Shown here in pieces: positions 1 to 10,433 of a stretch of DNA of 64,000 nucleotides. The stretch comes from an uncultured Hormoscilla sp. (GTDB taxonomy: Bacteria > Cyanobacteriota > Cyanobacteriia > Cyanobacteriales > Desertifilaceae), in assembly GCA_963921275.4 (NCBI GenBank), contig OZ001293.3, positions 3,328,001 through 3,392,000 on the forward strand. The letters run 5' to 3'. Both the position numbers and the translations under genes were made by a program. Each line of letters starts with the position of its first letter. Positions within the stretch are counted from its first letter, which is position 1. Under the pieces are notes generated by a model. That model searched no databases and was not told the origin of the DNA. It worked only from the letters and a program-made list of their open reading frames with translations.

Positions 1-741
1 CCCATCGCCCAAGCTAAGGAGAAAGGTGCGATCGCGATGTTCGGGGAAAAATACGGTGCCCAAGTGCGAGTAGTGGACTATCCGGGAGTATCGATGGAAC
101 TGTGCGGGGGAACCCATGTCCAGAATACCGCCGAAATCGGCTTGTTCAAAATTATTTCCGAAACCGGGATAGCATCGGGGAGACGTCGGATCGAAGCTGT
201 GGCGGGAGGTTCCGTGCTAGAATACTTGCAGGTCCGAGATAAGGTGGTCCGGGAATTGGGCGATCGCCTGAAAGCGAAACCCGAAGAATTGCCCGATCGG
301 ATAATCAGCTTGCAAAACGAACTGAAAGCGACGCAAAAAGAGTTAGAAGTAGTCAAGCAGGAATTGGCGATCGGGAAATCGGAGCAATTAGTGAGGACAG
401 CAGAGACAGTAGGGAGTTACCAAATCATAGTAGCGCAGATGGATGTGGATGCAGCATCATTGAAGAAATCAGCAGAAACATTGCTGCAAAAACTGGGAAG
501 TGGCGCGGTAGTATTGGGATCGGTGCCCGAAAGCGAAAAAGTGAGTTTAGTAGCAGCATTCAGCAAAGAGGTGAACCAGAAAGGATTGCAAGCAGGGAAA
601 TTCATTGGAGAAATAGCGAAAATCTGTGGAGGAGGAGGGGGGGGACGCCCGAACCTGGCCCAAGCAGGGGGACGGGATCCCAGTAAACTGAAACAAGCTT
701 TAGAAACTGCCCGCAAGCAGTTATTAGAAGATTTGCAATAG
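1..741 (+). CDS. alaS: Alanyl-tRNA synthetase, C-terminal part (gene starts before window)
   Basis: [21 protein letters not shown] editing-domain motifs and C-terminal [14 protein letters not shown]; frame open from base 1. Confidence 0.97.
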   Translation, partial: PIAQAKEKGAIAMFGEKYGAQVRVVDYPGVSMELCGGTHVQNTAEIGLFKIISETGIASGRRRIEAVAGGSVLEYLQVRDKVVRELGDRLKAKPEELPDRIISLQNELKATQKELEVVKQELAIGKSEQLVRTAETVGSYQIIVAQMDVDAASLKKSAETLLQKLGSGAVVLGSVPESEKVSLVAAFSKEVNQKGLQAGKFIGEIAKICGGGGGGRPNLAQAGGRDPSKLKQALETARKQLLEDLQ

Positions 742-1108
742 TTGCGGATCCCCCCCAACCCCCCCTTTTGCAACTATGCTTTACTCACATCTTTCTTAAC
801 ATTTCTCGCTCTGGCCACTCTGGAGGCTGGAACCCTCATTAATTCGTGCGGCATTCTCAATAATGCATGGCTGCTCCACGCTACGCGATCATAATTTATC
901 AAGAATCAGAGAGAGATTTTTGTCAACCCCAACTCTAATCGGCAAGGATCGAAACGCTTGCGCCGTAAGGCTTTCAGGATTGTTAAGAATTATGTGAGTA
1001 ATGGTAAGCTTTTGCAAGGGGGGGCTTAGACATAATCGTAGGTTGGGTAGAGGAACGAAACCCAACCGATGTAGGGTGGAATGTCACTGACATAAGCGGA
1101 AACGTTGA

Positions 1109-1600
1109 ATGCAAGAACTTTCTGGTGCTGGTGGAAATTGGCGAGTTATTGATGAGGCGATCGATCCGACGGTCGTGCAGCAGCAAGACAGCTTGTCTTG
1201 CGGTCCCGCCTGTGGTGAAATGTTGCTCCGCGATCGAGGAGTTAATGATGTCGCTCAGTCTATAATTGCATATGAAACAGGCGTTCCCGTAGATGTTGCG
1301 TATCTAGCTCGCGTACTTAACCAGATCGATCGGAGTAATATTGGCCTGTGGCGCGGCGGTAATTTTGTATCCGACGATATGTCTGCTATGCTTGACCGGT
1401 TAATAGCTAAAGGATCCTGGGCAGCAGAAATGAAGGAATTTGGCAATTCTATTGCTCACCTAGTTGTTGTCGATGGTTTCGACGCTCTAGGATTTGTAAA
1501 GATTCGAGATCCTTGGAATCAGACAAGATATAAAATGGAGAAAAAAGAGTTCTTAAATTACTGGACTACAAGAGGAATTTATCTGGAGCATAATTCATGA
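1109..1600 (+). CDS. Peptidase C39-like papain-fold protein (putative toxin)
   Basis: QQDSLSCG catalytic Cys motif, HLVVVDG and IRDPW motifs. Confidence 0.75.
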   Translation: MQELSGAGGNWRVIDEAIDPTVVQQQDSLSCGPACGEMLLRDRGVNDVAQSIIAYETGVPVDVAYLARVLNQIDRSNIGLWRGGNFVSDDMSAMLDRLIAKGSWAAEMKEFGNSIAHLVVVDGFDALGFVKIRDPWNQTRYKMEKKEFLNYWTTRGIYLEHNS

Positions 1601-1923
1601 ACGCAATTGTACTTTTAATTCAGCAGACAGCAGGAACGAATGAATTTAGCGTTTTTATATCAATAGGGGACTCGCGGGAGCAATTTACCTTCACAGTTGA
1701 GCATCCTCCGCAAGAACCATTCTTTGTTGTCAGCGGTGACAATCAATTCTGCCAATTTTTTAGATTAAATCAACAGATATCAGCTAAAGTTGGGGAATTG
1801 GTGGGAGAAATTTATTTAGGTAAAAGCGTTGAATTTCCAGCTCATGTAGGGACTTTCTTGACACCTAAAGAGGCGCTCGCGATGCAGAAACCTTTTCCAA
1901 AGCAACCGGCGCTCAAAAGGTGA
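1597..1923 (+). CDS. Hypothetical protein, translationally coupled to the C39-like gene (possible immunity protein)
   Basis: 108-aa ORF with ATGA overlap. Confidence 0.6.
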   Translation: MNAIVLLIQQTAGTNEFSVFISIGDSREQFTFTVEHPPQEPFFVVSGDNQFCQFFRLNQQISAKVGELVGEIYLGKSVEFPAHVGTFLTPKEALAMQKPFPKQPALKR

Positions 1924-1990
1924 TAGGGTGGGCGATGCCCACCAGGTTGTGATAAAAAAGTAGGGTGGGCATCGCCCACCAGATTGTGAT
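1924..1990. repeat. REP-like palindromes GTAGGGTGGGC(GA/AT)..GCCCACC; further copies near 2698-2735, 3912-3925, 21142; related GTAGGTTGGG..CCCAAC class near 1038, 9005, 15820, 34143, 55930
   Basis: GTAG-headed short hairpins recurring in intergenic regions. Confidence 0.75.
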
Positions 1991-2007
1991 CAAAACAAGT
2001 AATGCTT

Positions 2008-2625
2008 TTAATTGCCAGCGCGAAAAATCTGTTCGACAGTCAAATTAAATTCGGGAAAAGCTGGAGATTCAATGGGGTTATTTCCCCGAAATTGACTGAC
2101 TTGGTACTCGTCGTCTACAAGTTGATATACAGAAATAGTCTGTTGCTTGGGGTTGCCAATAAACCGCCTGCCACCTAATGCCAGGTAGTCAACGATCCAG
2201 TATTCAGAGATACCCATTTCTTCATAATCTCCAGCTTTGAAAAAATAGTCATCGCGCCAATTGGTACTTACTACTTCAACAATGAGACTGACAGATTCAC
2301 CCATCGTAATAATAGATTCCGTCTCCCAGCGAGGTTCCTTGCTGACAGAATGCTTGTCCAGGACAATGACATCAGGTTCGTATCCAGCAAAGTCGCGAAA
2401 GGGTTTAACGACACATTCTTTGGGAATAAAGCAAGATAATTGACTGCCACGACACTGAAAATCTAGTTCTAGACTGAGAAATCCCGCAATTTCTGAATGT
2501 TTACCCCTTGGTTTCGGCATCTCAATAATAACTCCGTTGTGTAGTTCGTAGCGATGTTCTGAATTCTCTGGGTACCAGGCGATGAAATCGTCAAAGGTTA
2601 TAGGTTTGTGTTGAGATTGTGTCAT
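2008..2625 (-). CDS. Uma2 (DUF820) family endonuclease
   Basis: YELHNG, PDVIV, LIVEVVS, YWIVDY motifs. Confidence 0.92.
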   Translation of the reverse strand: MTQSQHKPITFDDFIAWYPENSEHRYELHNGVIIEMPKPRGKHSEIAGFLSLELDFQCRGSQLSCFIPKECVVKPFRDFAGYEPDVIVLDKHSVSKEPRWETESIITMGESVSLIVEVVSTNWRDDYFFKAGDYEEMGISEYWIVDYLALGGRRFIGNPKQQTISVYQLVDDEYQVSQFRGNNPIESPAFPEFNLTVEQIFRAGN

Positions 2626-3044
2626 GGGACTGTGTTATAAAGAGGGACTGGGGGAGAGTTCTGTGCTTGGGATGAGGCAAAAGCCATGTTTCCTATTGTA
2701 GGGTGGGCGATGCCCACCAGGCATCGCCCACCAGATTATGATAACAGCTATCAAAATTTAACCAAAAGTTAATGTTGATAGCAGCTCGGGGAGATAAAAT
2801 GAAGAGGGAACGTAGGAGTAGTAGAATAGTTTGGGGAGGTGAAGGAGGAAATCCTGAAACCAGGAATCCACTTCACGAACCCCCAGGGCAAACGCATCTA
2901 AATTATAGAAGCATTACTCAGATTTACCTGTGAAAAATATTCATAGTTTTAATCTGGTATCCAGTAGGCATTTCCAAATAATATCCGTTTACCCTGTGAC
3001 TAGATCGGGTACTCCCAATTTCAAATAATCTAACATTGCAAAAT

Positions 3045-3908
3045 ATGAATTCATTTCAAATTGAAAAACTTAAGGAGCGAAAAGGCGCAAAGAAGCTTTC
3101 TGAAATTCCCGATGAGGTATTAAAAGCACTCAATCAAGGAAAAATAGAGACTGTCAATCTCATGGAATGGTTGGCTATTGACATACAAACGTTGCTTGGC
3201 AATGTTCTAGTGGAAATAGGTTGCGAACAGTATCTAAATCAAATTAATAAGGAGGCTCTCAAATTCAAAAATCAAAGTGCGATCGAGCAACTTAAAGGAT
3301 TTGGCGAAACTATTTTTAACATTTTGGAGAAATGTGACAACCGGGATGCAGTGTTTGAAGCACTGGCAAATCATACTTCAGACAAGATCAGGTCCTTGAG
3401 CGCTTGCAGCATTTCATATAACAAACGTTTATCTTTGCCGAAAAGGTTGCAAGTGATGCGTAGGTTTGCAACAGATCGCAATATGTCTGTCAAAGAAGAT
3501 GCCTGGTATTTCCTTCGACCTTACCTGATTGAGGATTTAAAAAAAAGCTTCGAGTTACTCATTCCCTGGGTGAAAAACGAAGATCCTAATATTCGACGCT
3601 GCGCTGTAGAAGCAACTCGACCCAGAGGAGTTTGGTGCAAACATATTCCAGCCTTGAAAGAAAATCTAGAACTAGGTTTAACCATCTTGGAATTTGTGCG
3701 ATCGGATCCAAGCAAGTACGTACAGCGTTCGGTGGGTAATTGGTTAAATGATGCCAGTAAATCTCGTCCTAACTGGGTAATTAGTACTTGTGTACGTTGG
3801 CAACAAGAATCACCGACTCAAGAAACTAATTGGATTGTTAAGCATGGCCTAAGAACTATCAACAAACAAGATTCTCGGTTTCCAAAGCAACCGGTGATCG
3901 AAAGGTGA
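3045..3908 (+). CDS. DNA alkylation repair protein (AlkD/YhaZ-like HEAT repeat)
   Basis: ETVNLMEWLAID, RRCAVEATRPRGVW, DPSKYVQRSVGNWLNDASK motifs. Confidence 0.85.
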   Translation: MNSFQIEKLKERKGAKKLSEIPDEVLKALNQGKIETVNLMEWLAIDIQTLLGNVLVEIGCEQYLNQINKEALKFKNQSAIEQLKGFGETIFNILEKCDNRDAVFEALANHTSDKIRSLSACSISYNKRLSLPKRLQVMRRFATDRNMSVKEDAWYFLRPYLIEDLKKSFELLIPWVKNEDPNIRRCAVEATRPRGVWCKHIPALKENLELGLTILEFVRSDPSKYVQRSVGNWLNDASKSRPNWVISTCVRWQQESPTQETNWIVKHGLRTINKQDSRFPKQPVIER

Positions 3909-3989
3909 TGCCCATCGCCCACCAGATTGAGATAAAAGTTATCAAAATTTAACCAAAAGTTAATGTAGATAGCAGCTCGGGGAGATAGA

Positions 3990-4540
3990 ATGAAGTAAGT
4001 TAAGTTGATGATAAAATTATGGGATTCATATTTTCGCTGATCGTTAGCCTGATCGCATTCTCGATCGCCTTCGCGGATGTGGCGGGGGAAAAGCATCGGA
4101 AGCAAGTAAAGGCGATCGCCATGTTAATTGGCAGATGGCATTAGTGTCGATCCTCCAATTAGTCCATGTAATTCGGTCTAAATTTTTGATGGTGGTGCCG
4201 GCGGGCAACGTCGGAGTAGTAGAAGAGTTAGGGGAGGTGAAGGAGGAAGTCCTGAAACCAGGAATCCACTTCATGAACCCCGTTGCCGATGTGGTAGAAT
4301 TTTCCACGAGCCTCAAGAATGTGCAGGAACATATTGAAGCTACATCTAAGGAAGGATTGGACATCAAGATCCATGTCAGTTGACAATACAAGCTAGATCC
4401 AGAGAAAGCGGGATAAGTGTATGAAAACATTGGCACGGATGAGAGAGAAATAGTCATTGCCAGATTTAGGTTGATCGTGCGCCAAATCACAGCCAGCTAC
4501 GAATCAAAAGCAATTTATGGAGAAAAAAGGCAAGAAAAGG
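3990..4540 (+). pseudogene. Prohibitin/SPFH (band 7) family pseudogene
   Basis: VVPAGNVGVV..LKPGIHFMNP..EATSKEGLD pieces broken by stops/frameshift and truncated near 4540. Confidence 0.8.
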
Positions 4541-4697
4541 TAACGAGGAGCGAAACCTGGTTAGAGACATCCACGTTCGCCCCTGAAACATACTTGTGCA
4601 AGACCACACCCACTCCAGGGAAGCAGTTTGCCCCGACCGGGCAGTTCTAGGGTACTTTTACCTCAACCGGCACCCTAAGAGCTGCTAACCGGTGCCC

Positions 4698-4865
4698 CGG
4701 GGTTTAAAACCTCTCGGTCGGGGTTTAAAACCTCTCGGTTGGGGTTTAAAACCTCTCAGTTGGGGTTTAAAACCTCTCTGTCGGGGTTTAAAACCTCTCT
4801 GTCAGGTTTTAAAACCTCTCTGTCGGGGTTTAAAACCTCTCGGTTGGGGTTTAAAACCTCTCTGT
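4698..4865. repeat. Tandem array of eight 21-bp units (YGGGGTTTAAAACCTCTCNGT)
   Basis: Direct reading; units abut without unique spacers and each has an imperfect palindrome. Confidence 0.95.
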
Positions 4866-5185
4866 CGGAGTTTTAGTGGTCTTGCGCTCGTTCGCAACGT
4901 TCACCGTTCCCTGTGAGCCGTTCGTCGTTCCCTGGGAGCGAGTTCCCCGTTTCCGGTTCCTCATTCTCCGTTAAGAGTTCCCCACTAATACAACGGTTTG
5001 CATGACCACACCCCGTCTCGCCTGCCAGCCTGTTATAGGATATCGTCGAGTTGGGGGGTGGCGCATAAAATCAGGTAAGAGACACAATAAGGAAGTTCGC
5101 AGGTTGGGATGTCGCGGGGTTGTGCATAAAATCAGGCAAGAGACAAAAAGGAAGTATAGACCAAGATTCAATAGGAAGCAGACAG

Positions 5186-5815
5186 ATGTCCCAGACTAAA
5201 ACACTAGTAAGAGAGAACAACAGCTTTGCCCTGGATCTCTATCAGCAACTGCGCAACGAGGAAGGAAACCTGTTTTTCTCTCCCTTCAGCATATCGACAG
5301 CGTTAGCGATAACTTACGCGGGAGCGAGGAACGAGACAGCAGCAGAAATGGCGCAGGTGTTGCACTTCTCCCAGGAAGGGGAGCAACTGCATAAAAACTT
5401 TGCCACGATACTGAGCGATGTGCAAACAGAATGTGGCGAGCAGGTGAGCATTGCCAACCGACTGTGGGCGCAAAAAGGAATTAATTTCCAGGAAGAATTC
5501 GTCAACATCACCAAGAACCAGTATCAAGCGCCAATTGGGTAGCACGGCAAACTCAAGAGAAGATTCAAAAACTGATTGCTGAGGGACTTCTGAACGTCGA
5601 TACGCGGTTGGTGCTGACGAATGCGATCTATTACAAAGGGGACTGGGCATTACCGTTCCGTGAGAATAATACCAGGGAAACAGCCTTCGCAATCTCTCCC
5701 GATGAGAAGGTAGAAGTGCCAATGATGTACCATCCGATCGCCCATTTCTGTTCCTGATTCGGGAGAATGAATCTGGCAGTATACTATTCTTGGGTCGGGT
5801 AGTGAATCTCTTAAC
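5186..5815 (+). pseudogene. Serpin pseudogene with internal deletions
   Basis: NSFALDLY, NLFFSPFSISTALA, then in other frames LVLTNAIYYKGDW, VPMMY and DRPFLFLIRE..ILFLGRV; reactive-centre loop region missing. Confidence 0.9.
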
Positions 5816-5876
5816 CGCGCCCCAACCCAACCGCGCCCCAACCCAACCGCGCCCCAACCCAACCGCGCCCCAACCC
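5813..5876. repeat. Four tandem 16-bp units AACCGCGCCCCAACCC, followed by a REP-like element also present at about 12070-12117
   Basis: Direct reading. Confidence 0.9.
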
Positions 5877-6007
5877 TAAAGGGTAGGGCTACACGAACAA
5901 AGCCCGCCTGCGCGGGCTTAATTGGTTGCATCGGAGATTTGATGTTATGATAGGTGAAACAGCTCATGTTGTCCGTCGTAGAGAGTTGACGATCGCATTT
6001 TAAGAAC

Positions 6008-6268
6008 ATGGCACGTTATACCCCCTATACCCTGCAAATGCAAATTACCCGTATGTTCCTGGAAGGGCAATCCTTCTTCGCAACAACGAAGGTATAAGAT
6101 TGGTTGCGAGAACGCAATCAATATCCAGCAGATTACGAGATAATCTTTCATCAGCAACCAGCACCCCCAGGATCCCAAGAAGTGATGCAGATCGCAATAG
6201 AACTGCGGCGTCTAGATGGAGAACCTGTAGATGAATGGCTGCAACAAGAGGTCGATCGGCAAACCTAA
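6008..6268 (+). pseudogene. Conserved cyanobacterial small hypothetical gene with an in-frame TAA at 6095-6097
   Basis: Reads MARYTPYTLQMQITRMFLEGQSFFATTKV*DWLRERN...EWLQQEVDRQT; stop overlaps next ATG (TAATG); absent from ORF track. Confidence 0.65.
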
Positions 6269-6672
6269 TGAAAATATACCAAATGAAATCTAGAGGCCAA
6301 TCGAAAAATAAAGGCTGGATAATTGCATTTTGGCTGTACTTCCTGCTGCTAGTCTTCATCTCTGTTTCTGCTTACCTGAAAATCCTGCCGCCCGAACTAA
6401 CCAATTATGACAAGCTGGGACATTTCATCTTGATAGGAATTGCAGGTTTCCTCAGCCATCAAGCCTTGGGAAGAAGGACGATCTCCACCCCAGTAGTAAA
6501 AATTCCCCTGGGTCCGCTGCTAGTCATGGTATTTTCTCTGATAGACGAGTATCTCCAGATGTTATCACCAGCGCGAAGTTTTAGCCTGACTGACTTAGGG
6601 GCAAATTGGATAGGCATCTGGGTTTTTTATTGGGTAGGAGAAAAGGTCAGGCAATATCTAAGGGATAATTGA
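6268..6672 (+). CDS. VanZ family membrane protein
   Basis: DKLGHF and DEYLQ..PARSFSLTDL.AN motifs. Confidence 0.85.
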   Translation: MKIYQMKSRGQSKNKGWIIAFWLYFLLLVFISVSAYLKILPPELTNYDKLGHFILIGIAGFLSHQALGRRTISTPVVKIPLGPLLVMVFSLIDEYLQMLSPARSFSLTDLGANWIGIWVFYWVGEKVRQYLRDN

Positions 6673-6755
6673 GAATGGCGAATGTGGGGAATTGAGTAGT
6701 TGGCGAATTGATGATAAAAGGGATAGATATGTAGAAGTAGTTTTGGTGAAGGGCG

Positions 6756-8934
6756 ATGGGAGAAGGAGACAACGGAAAGGAAAGTGGCGAACTATCGGAT
6801 TATAGATCGGCACAGGACAGACTGAGGAGAGTAACAGAGGAACTGGAAAGTGTCAAGCAAGAAATATCTCAGTTGGAAATAAGGAAAACCAGGCTGACTG
6901 ATGAGAAAGCTTCCCTAGAAGCGAGACTGTCCAGTTGGCACGGGCAGCCGGTTCTCAACTCAAAAGCAGCCCCTAGCGCACCGAAACCCGATCGAGGCAA
7001 ACCCAAAGCTGCCTCGAAAATCAGTACGGGTTTGCTTCTGGCTTTGATGTCAGCAGTGGTGCTGTCGATATTTAACGTTTACCTGAAGATTATTTTCCAG
7101 AGTCCCCCGCAGTCGAGTAAGATATTGGGTATATTAGAACAGCCAGGACGGCTGGCACCGGGATTCGGAAATGCCCTGTTAATTTTGTTTCTGCGGATGA
7201 TAGTGGTGATGGCAGTGATGCCAATCTTGGCCACAGTCCTTTATCGGCCCCTGTGGCAAGATATTAAGGGGTTTCTCCAGTCAAAAGACCGCGCCCAGAT
7301 GCTGAAAGTATTGGGGAGTGGCTTCTTTCTGTTTCTGTCTCAAGTATGCATTTATATCGCTATTGGCAATATCCCGATCGGGGTAGCGCTGACGATCTTC
7401 TTGGTCGGGGTCGAGCTGGGAATCACTCCCCAACCCTCCAAGAGCGGAACCGGACTTGCGACTTTCACCGCTGGGGCTTGTCCTTAGGCATATCATCATC
7501 AATAATTAGGTCACCCCGTTTCCCCTTACCCTCTGTAATTTTACCCCTTATGGTCAATCCTATTGGACCGTTAATGATTTCAGCTCCGGAAGGTATGCGC
7601 TGCGCGCACGCTGCGCGATCGCGGAGGGTAGTTCAGCAAACCATTCTAGCCGCTCTTCTCTAACATTTCCCCATTCTGGCAATTTATCGGGGCTCTGAAC
7701 TTTACCCGGCTGAGACTCTAGTCCATATTCATACTTTTGGATTTCTCCTAAGTTTTGCGACGTGTTAGGGCTACTTTCACCAAAGGCTTCTTACCATATC
7801 CGTCCTACGTCTGCATATCCCAGGCATTACCCCAGGCGTTGGCTTCTTAGAACATCCTTCCTCTTCGCGGCTTGCGCTTTACATCTAACTGGTCCAAATG
7901 GGGACAGCTCACGTGAGGTTACTTCGTTCCCTGGTATCATTTCTCGATGCTTGTAGGCCCCTGCTATACCCCGGGAGTTCTTTGGGTGCGATGCTGGCAA
8001 TAGATGACTACCAACACTAACTACCATTTTCCCTTTTGGGCCAGCGTATAAGCCTTATTCCGCTGGTTCTATGTAACGAGGCTTTAACAGGTTCGCTTGT
8101 TCTAACCATGAGCATCTTTCCTAGCGGCGTCACTGGGTTAGGCTGCCAGCTATCCTACATTTAAGTCCTAGCGGAGCACCACGGCGATGTGACCCCGCAG
8201 CACTAAGGACCGGTAGTACCCTCGACCCCCCACACCTGGGGAGAGGGAATTTAACCCCCATGATAACCAGAGTTATCCGGCAAATGAAACCAGACCAGAC
8301 TTCACCGTCGCCAGTTTACGCCTGAACGAATCGCACCATCTATCCCATAGTCACGGTGTTGGCAAGTTGGGGACTGTTTGGCGATCGGCCCACAATTATC
8401 CGCATAATAGCCATGTTCGCGATCGGCTGGGGCTGCACGATCGCCCTACCTAGCGGTGATGCGGAGGCCAAGTTATTAGTAGGGGTTGTAGCCGCAGTAG
8501 CAGCAGGGGTAACCTTTGCAGGCTACGTGCTGCTAGTAGGAATAGGCACTCGTAAGCTGCACCCAATGCCTTTTAATATTATGTCTTTCGCAGCGGTATT
8601 TGTATTTACAGCGCTCATTTTAATGCTGCCATTACCAGCAAATTTGAGCATAAAAGTAGAGCCGACAGCACTGACAGGGCTACTGATGAGTAGTGTAGTA
8701 TTAGGAGTACTCACATTGGGTAGCTATATGTTAAACAACATTGCCATCCGCTTTGCCGGTTCGGCCCTAGCTTCGATTATCGGGACTAGCGGTCCGGCAT
8801 TAACGGCATTGTTTAGCTGGATAGTGATCGGGGAAAGATTGCAACTGAGGCAGTGGGGTGGAGTGGGACTGGTAACCTTGGGTGTGGTGGGTCTGAGTCT
8901 GGAGAGGATGCTCAAGGCAAAAAGGCGATCTTAA
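6756..8934 (+). pseudogene. EamA/DMT transporter with N-terminal coiled coil, interrupted by an antisense group II intron
   Basis: Removing 7403-8336 restores GVALTIF-FIYPIVTVLASWGLFGDRP in frame. Confidence 0.9.
7403..8336 (-). mobile_element. ORF-less group II intron (934 nt), degenerate domain V
   Basis: 5' GTGCGATTCGTT; 3' DV/DVI ...GGTGAAAGTCGCAAGTCCGGTTC...CTCGACCCCGACC; EBS1 CATCTAT complements the flanking exon. Confidence 0.92.
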
Positions 8935-9142
8935 GGTATCATGGAGGAGATGCGATCGCACTTTTCTGCGGGATGGAGGAGAGGGCGATCTCACGGAAAG
9001 CGCCGTAGGTTGGGTTTCGTGCTTCAACCCAACCCGACCAAGGTAAAATAGGCGGAGGTGATTATTCAAGGCAATCAAAGGTATAATGGAGGAAATGGCG
9101 ATCGCGCGAAACGGTATCCAAGATTTCAAGGAAGATTAAACA

Positions 9143-9496
9143 ATGCAACTAGAAGATTACTTCAACTTTCTGGCAGAAGATGATATTCGACTCAAAAATT
9201 CGCGGATAGGGATTGAAACCATCCTGCATGAGTATATCTATCGAGCCCGCACCCCAGAGGAAATCGCTCAAATTTATACATCACTTACCCTGGAACAAGT
9301 CTATGGGACGATTCTGTATTATCTGCACAACAAAGAAGCAGTTAGCAACTATATTGCAGACTGGCTAGAGTGGGGACACCAGCAACGTAAAGCTCAAGCG
9401 TTGAACCCGCACCCAGCAGCGGCCAGACTACAGAAACTCCGAGACGCACAAAAAGCAATGAAACAGGCAAATGACATTAAAATATCTGATGGATGA
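9143..9496 (+). CDS. DUF433 antitoxin-like protein
   Basis: SRIGIETIL..TPEEIAQIYTSLTLEQVYGTILYY pattern. Confidence 0.85.
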   Translation: MQLEDYFNFLAEDDIRLKNSRIGIETILHEYIYRARTPEEIAQIYTSLTLEQVYGTILYYLHNKEAVSNYIADWLEWGHQQRKAQALNPHPAAARLQKLRDAQKAMKQANDIKISDG

Positions 9497-9854
9497 AAAT
9501 GTTAATCCGCTTTATCCCAGTCAACTGCGGCGACGGGATCCTGAGTTAGTGGTGCGGGCAGTTGGAGAACCTAAAGTTCCTCCCAGAGGCACATTAGACC
9601 CAGAAATTCTGCTTTGGTGTGAAGAGTATGACTTTATCTTGGTGACGAATAACCGCAAATCTATGCCTGTACATTTGCGTAACCATATCGATCAAGGTCG
9701 TCACGTGCCAGGAATTTTTATTCTCAACCCTGATTTAAGCATAGGTAGAAACCTAGAGGAGTTGATTTTCATTGCGAAGGGTTCATTTGAAGGTGAATAT
9801 CAAGACCAGATTGTTTACCTGCCACTGACCAAAAGTCGTGATGACGATGTCTAA
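9471..9854 (+). CDS. DUF5615 PIN-like toxin
   Basis: LKYLMDENV, DPEILLWC, ILVTNN motifs; overlaps the DUF433 gene. Confidence 0.85.
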   Translation: MTLKYLMDENVNPLYPSQLRRRDPELVVRAVGEPKVPPRGTLDPEILLWCEEYDFILVTNNRKSMPVHLRNHIDQGRHVPGIFILNPDLSIGRNLEELIFIAKGSFEGEYQDQIVYLPLTKSRDDDV

Positions 9855-10397
9855 ATGCTATTACTACAATGGAAAACTAAGAATTGAAATGGCATCCCAA
9901 GGTTACGCTCGCTCCTACGATAACTTCTCGATCGGGTATGCGGTAGCTTTATTCAGTGGCATCCAAGCCATTCCCTTGGTGGGACTCACTAACTGCACTT
10001 TCCGGAAAGCTGGCGAGGGAGAAGCACAACCCGATCTTGCCTTCTATATCGGTGCAAATGCAGAAATCATTCCCCCCGATACAACTATTGCGATCTAGAT
10101 GTTTATCCTCCCGATCTGGTTATCGAAATTGCCAAAACATCTTTGGCTGATGATATTGGCAGCAAGCGAATGCTCTACGAGCAACTAAATTTTAATGAAT
10201 ATTGGGTTGTCAATGTACAGCATGCTCAATTGATTGCCTTCGCGATCGCATCTGGTGACAGTCGCGCGATCGCCTGATCGCAAGTTTTGCCCCCATTACC
10301 CTTTAGCTTACTCGAAGAAGCGTTACGGCGGGGTCGGACAACGGGTCGCAGTCAGATCTATGCTTGGTTGATTACCCAAATTCAGCAACCAAGATGA
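9848..10397 (+). pseudogene. Uma2 family pseudogene
   Basis: QPDLAFYIG, then frameshifted PDLVIEIAKTSLADD..EYWVV and an internal stop. Confidence 0.8.
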
Positions 10398-10433
10398 TTG
10401 AAGACCGAAGCAACCAAGACATTGATTACCCGG

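Noticed and set aside
4698..4865. CRISPR array
   Set aside because: Units abut with no unique spacers and no cas genes are present; same for 22270-22365 and 16823-16954
4692..4916. ORF with GLKPL repeats (also MLCPRAN ORF at 22267-22539)
   Set aside because: Simple translation of 21-bp tandem repeats; no coding evidence
7346..8027. Short ORFs inside the intron (also 36117-36788)
   Set aside because: No RT/maturase motifs such as YADD; they lie within structured intron RNA
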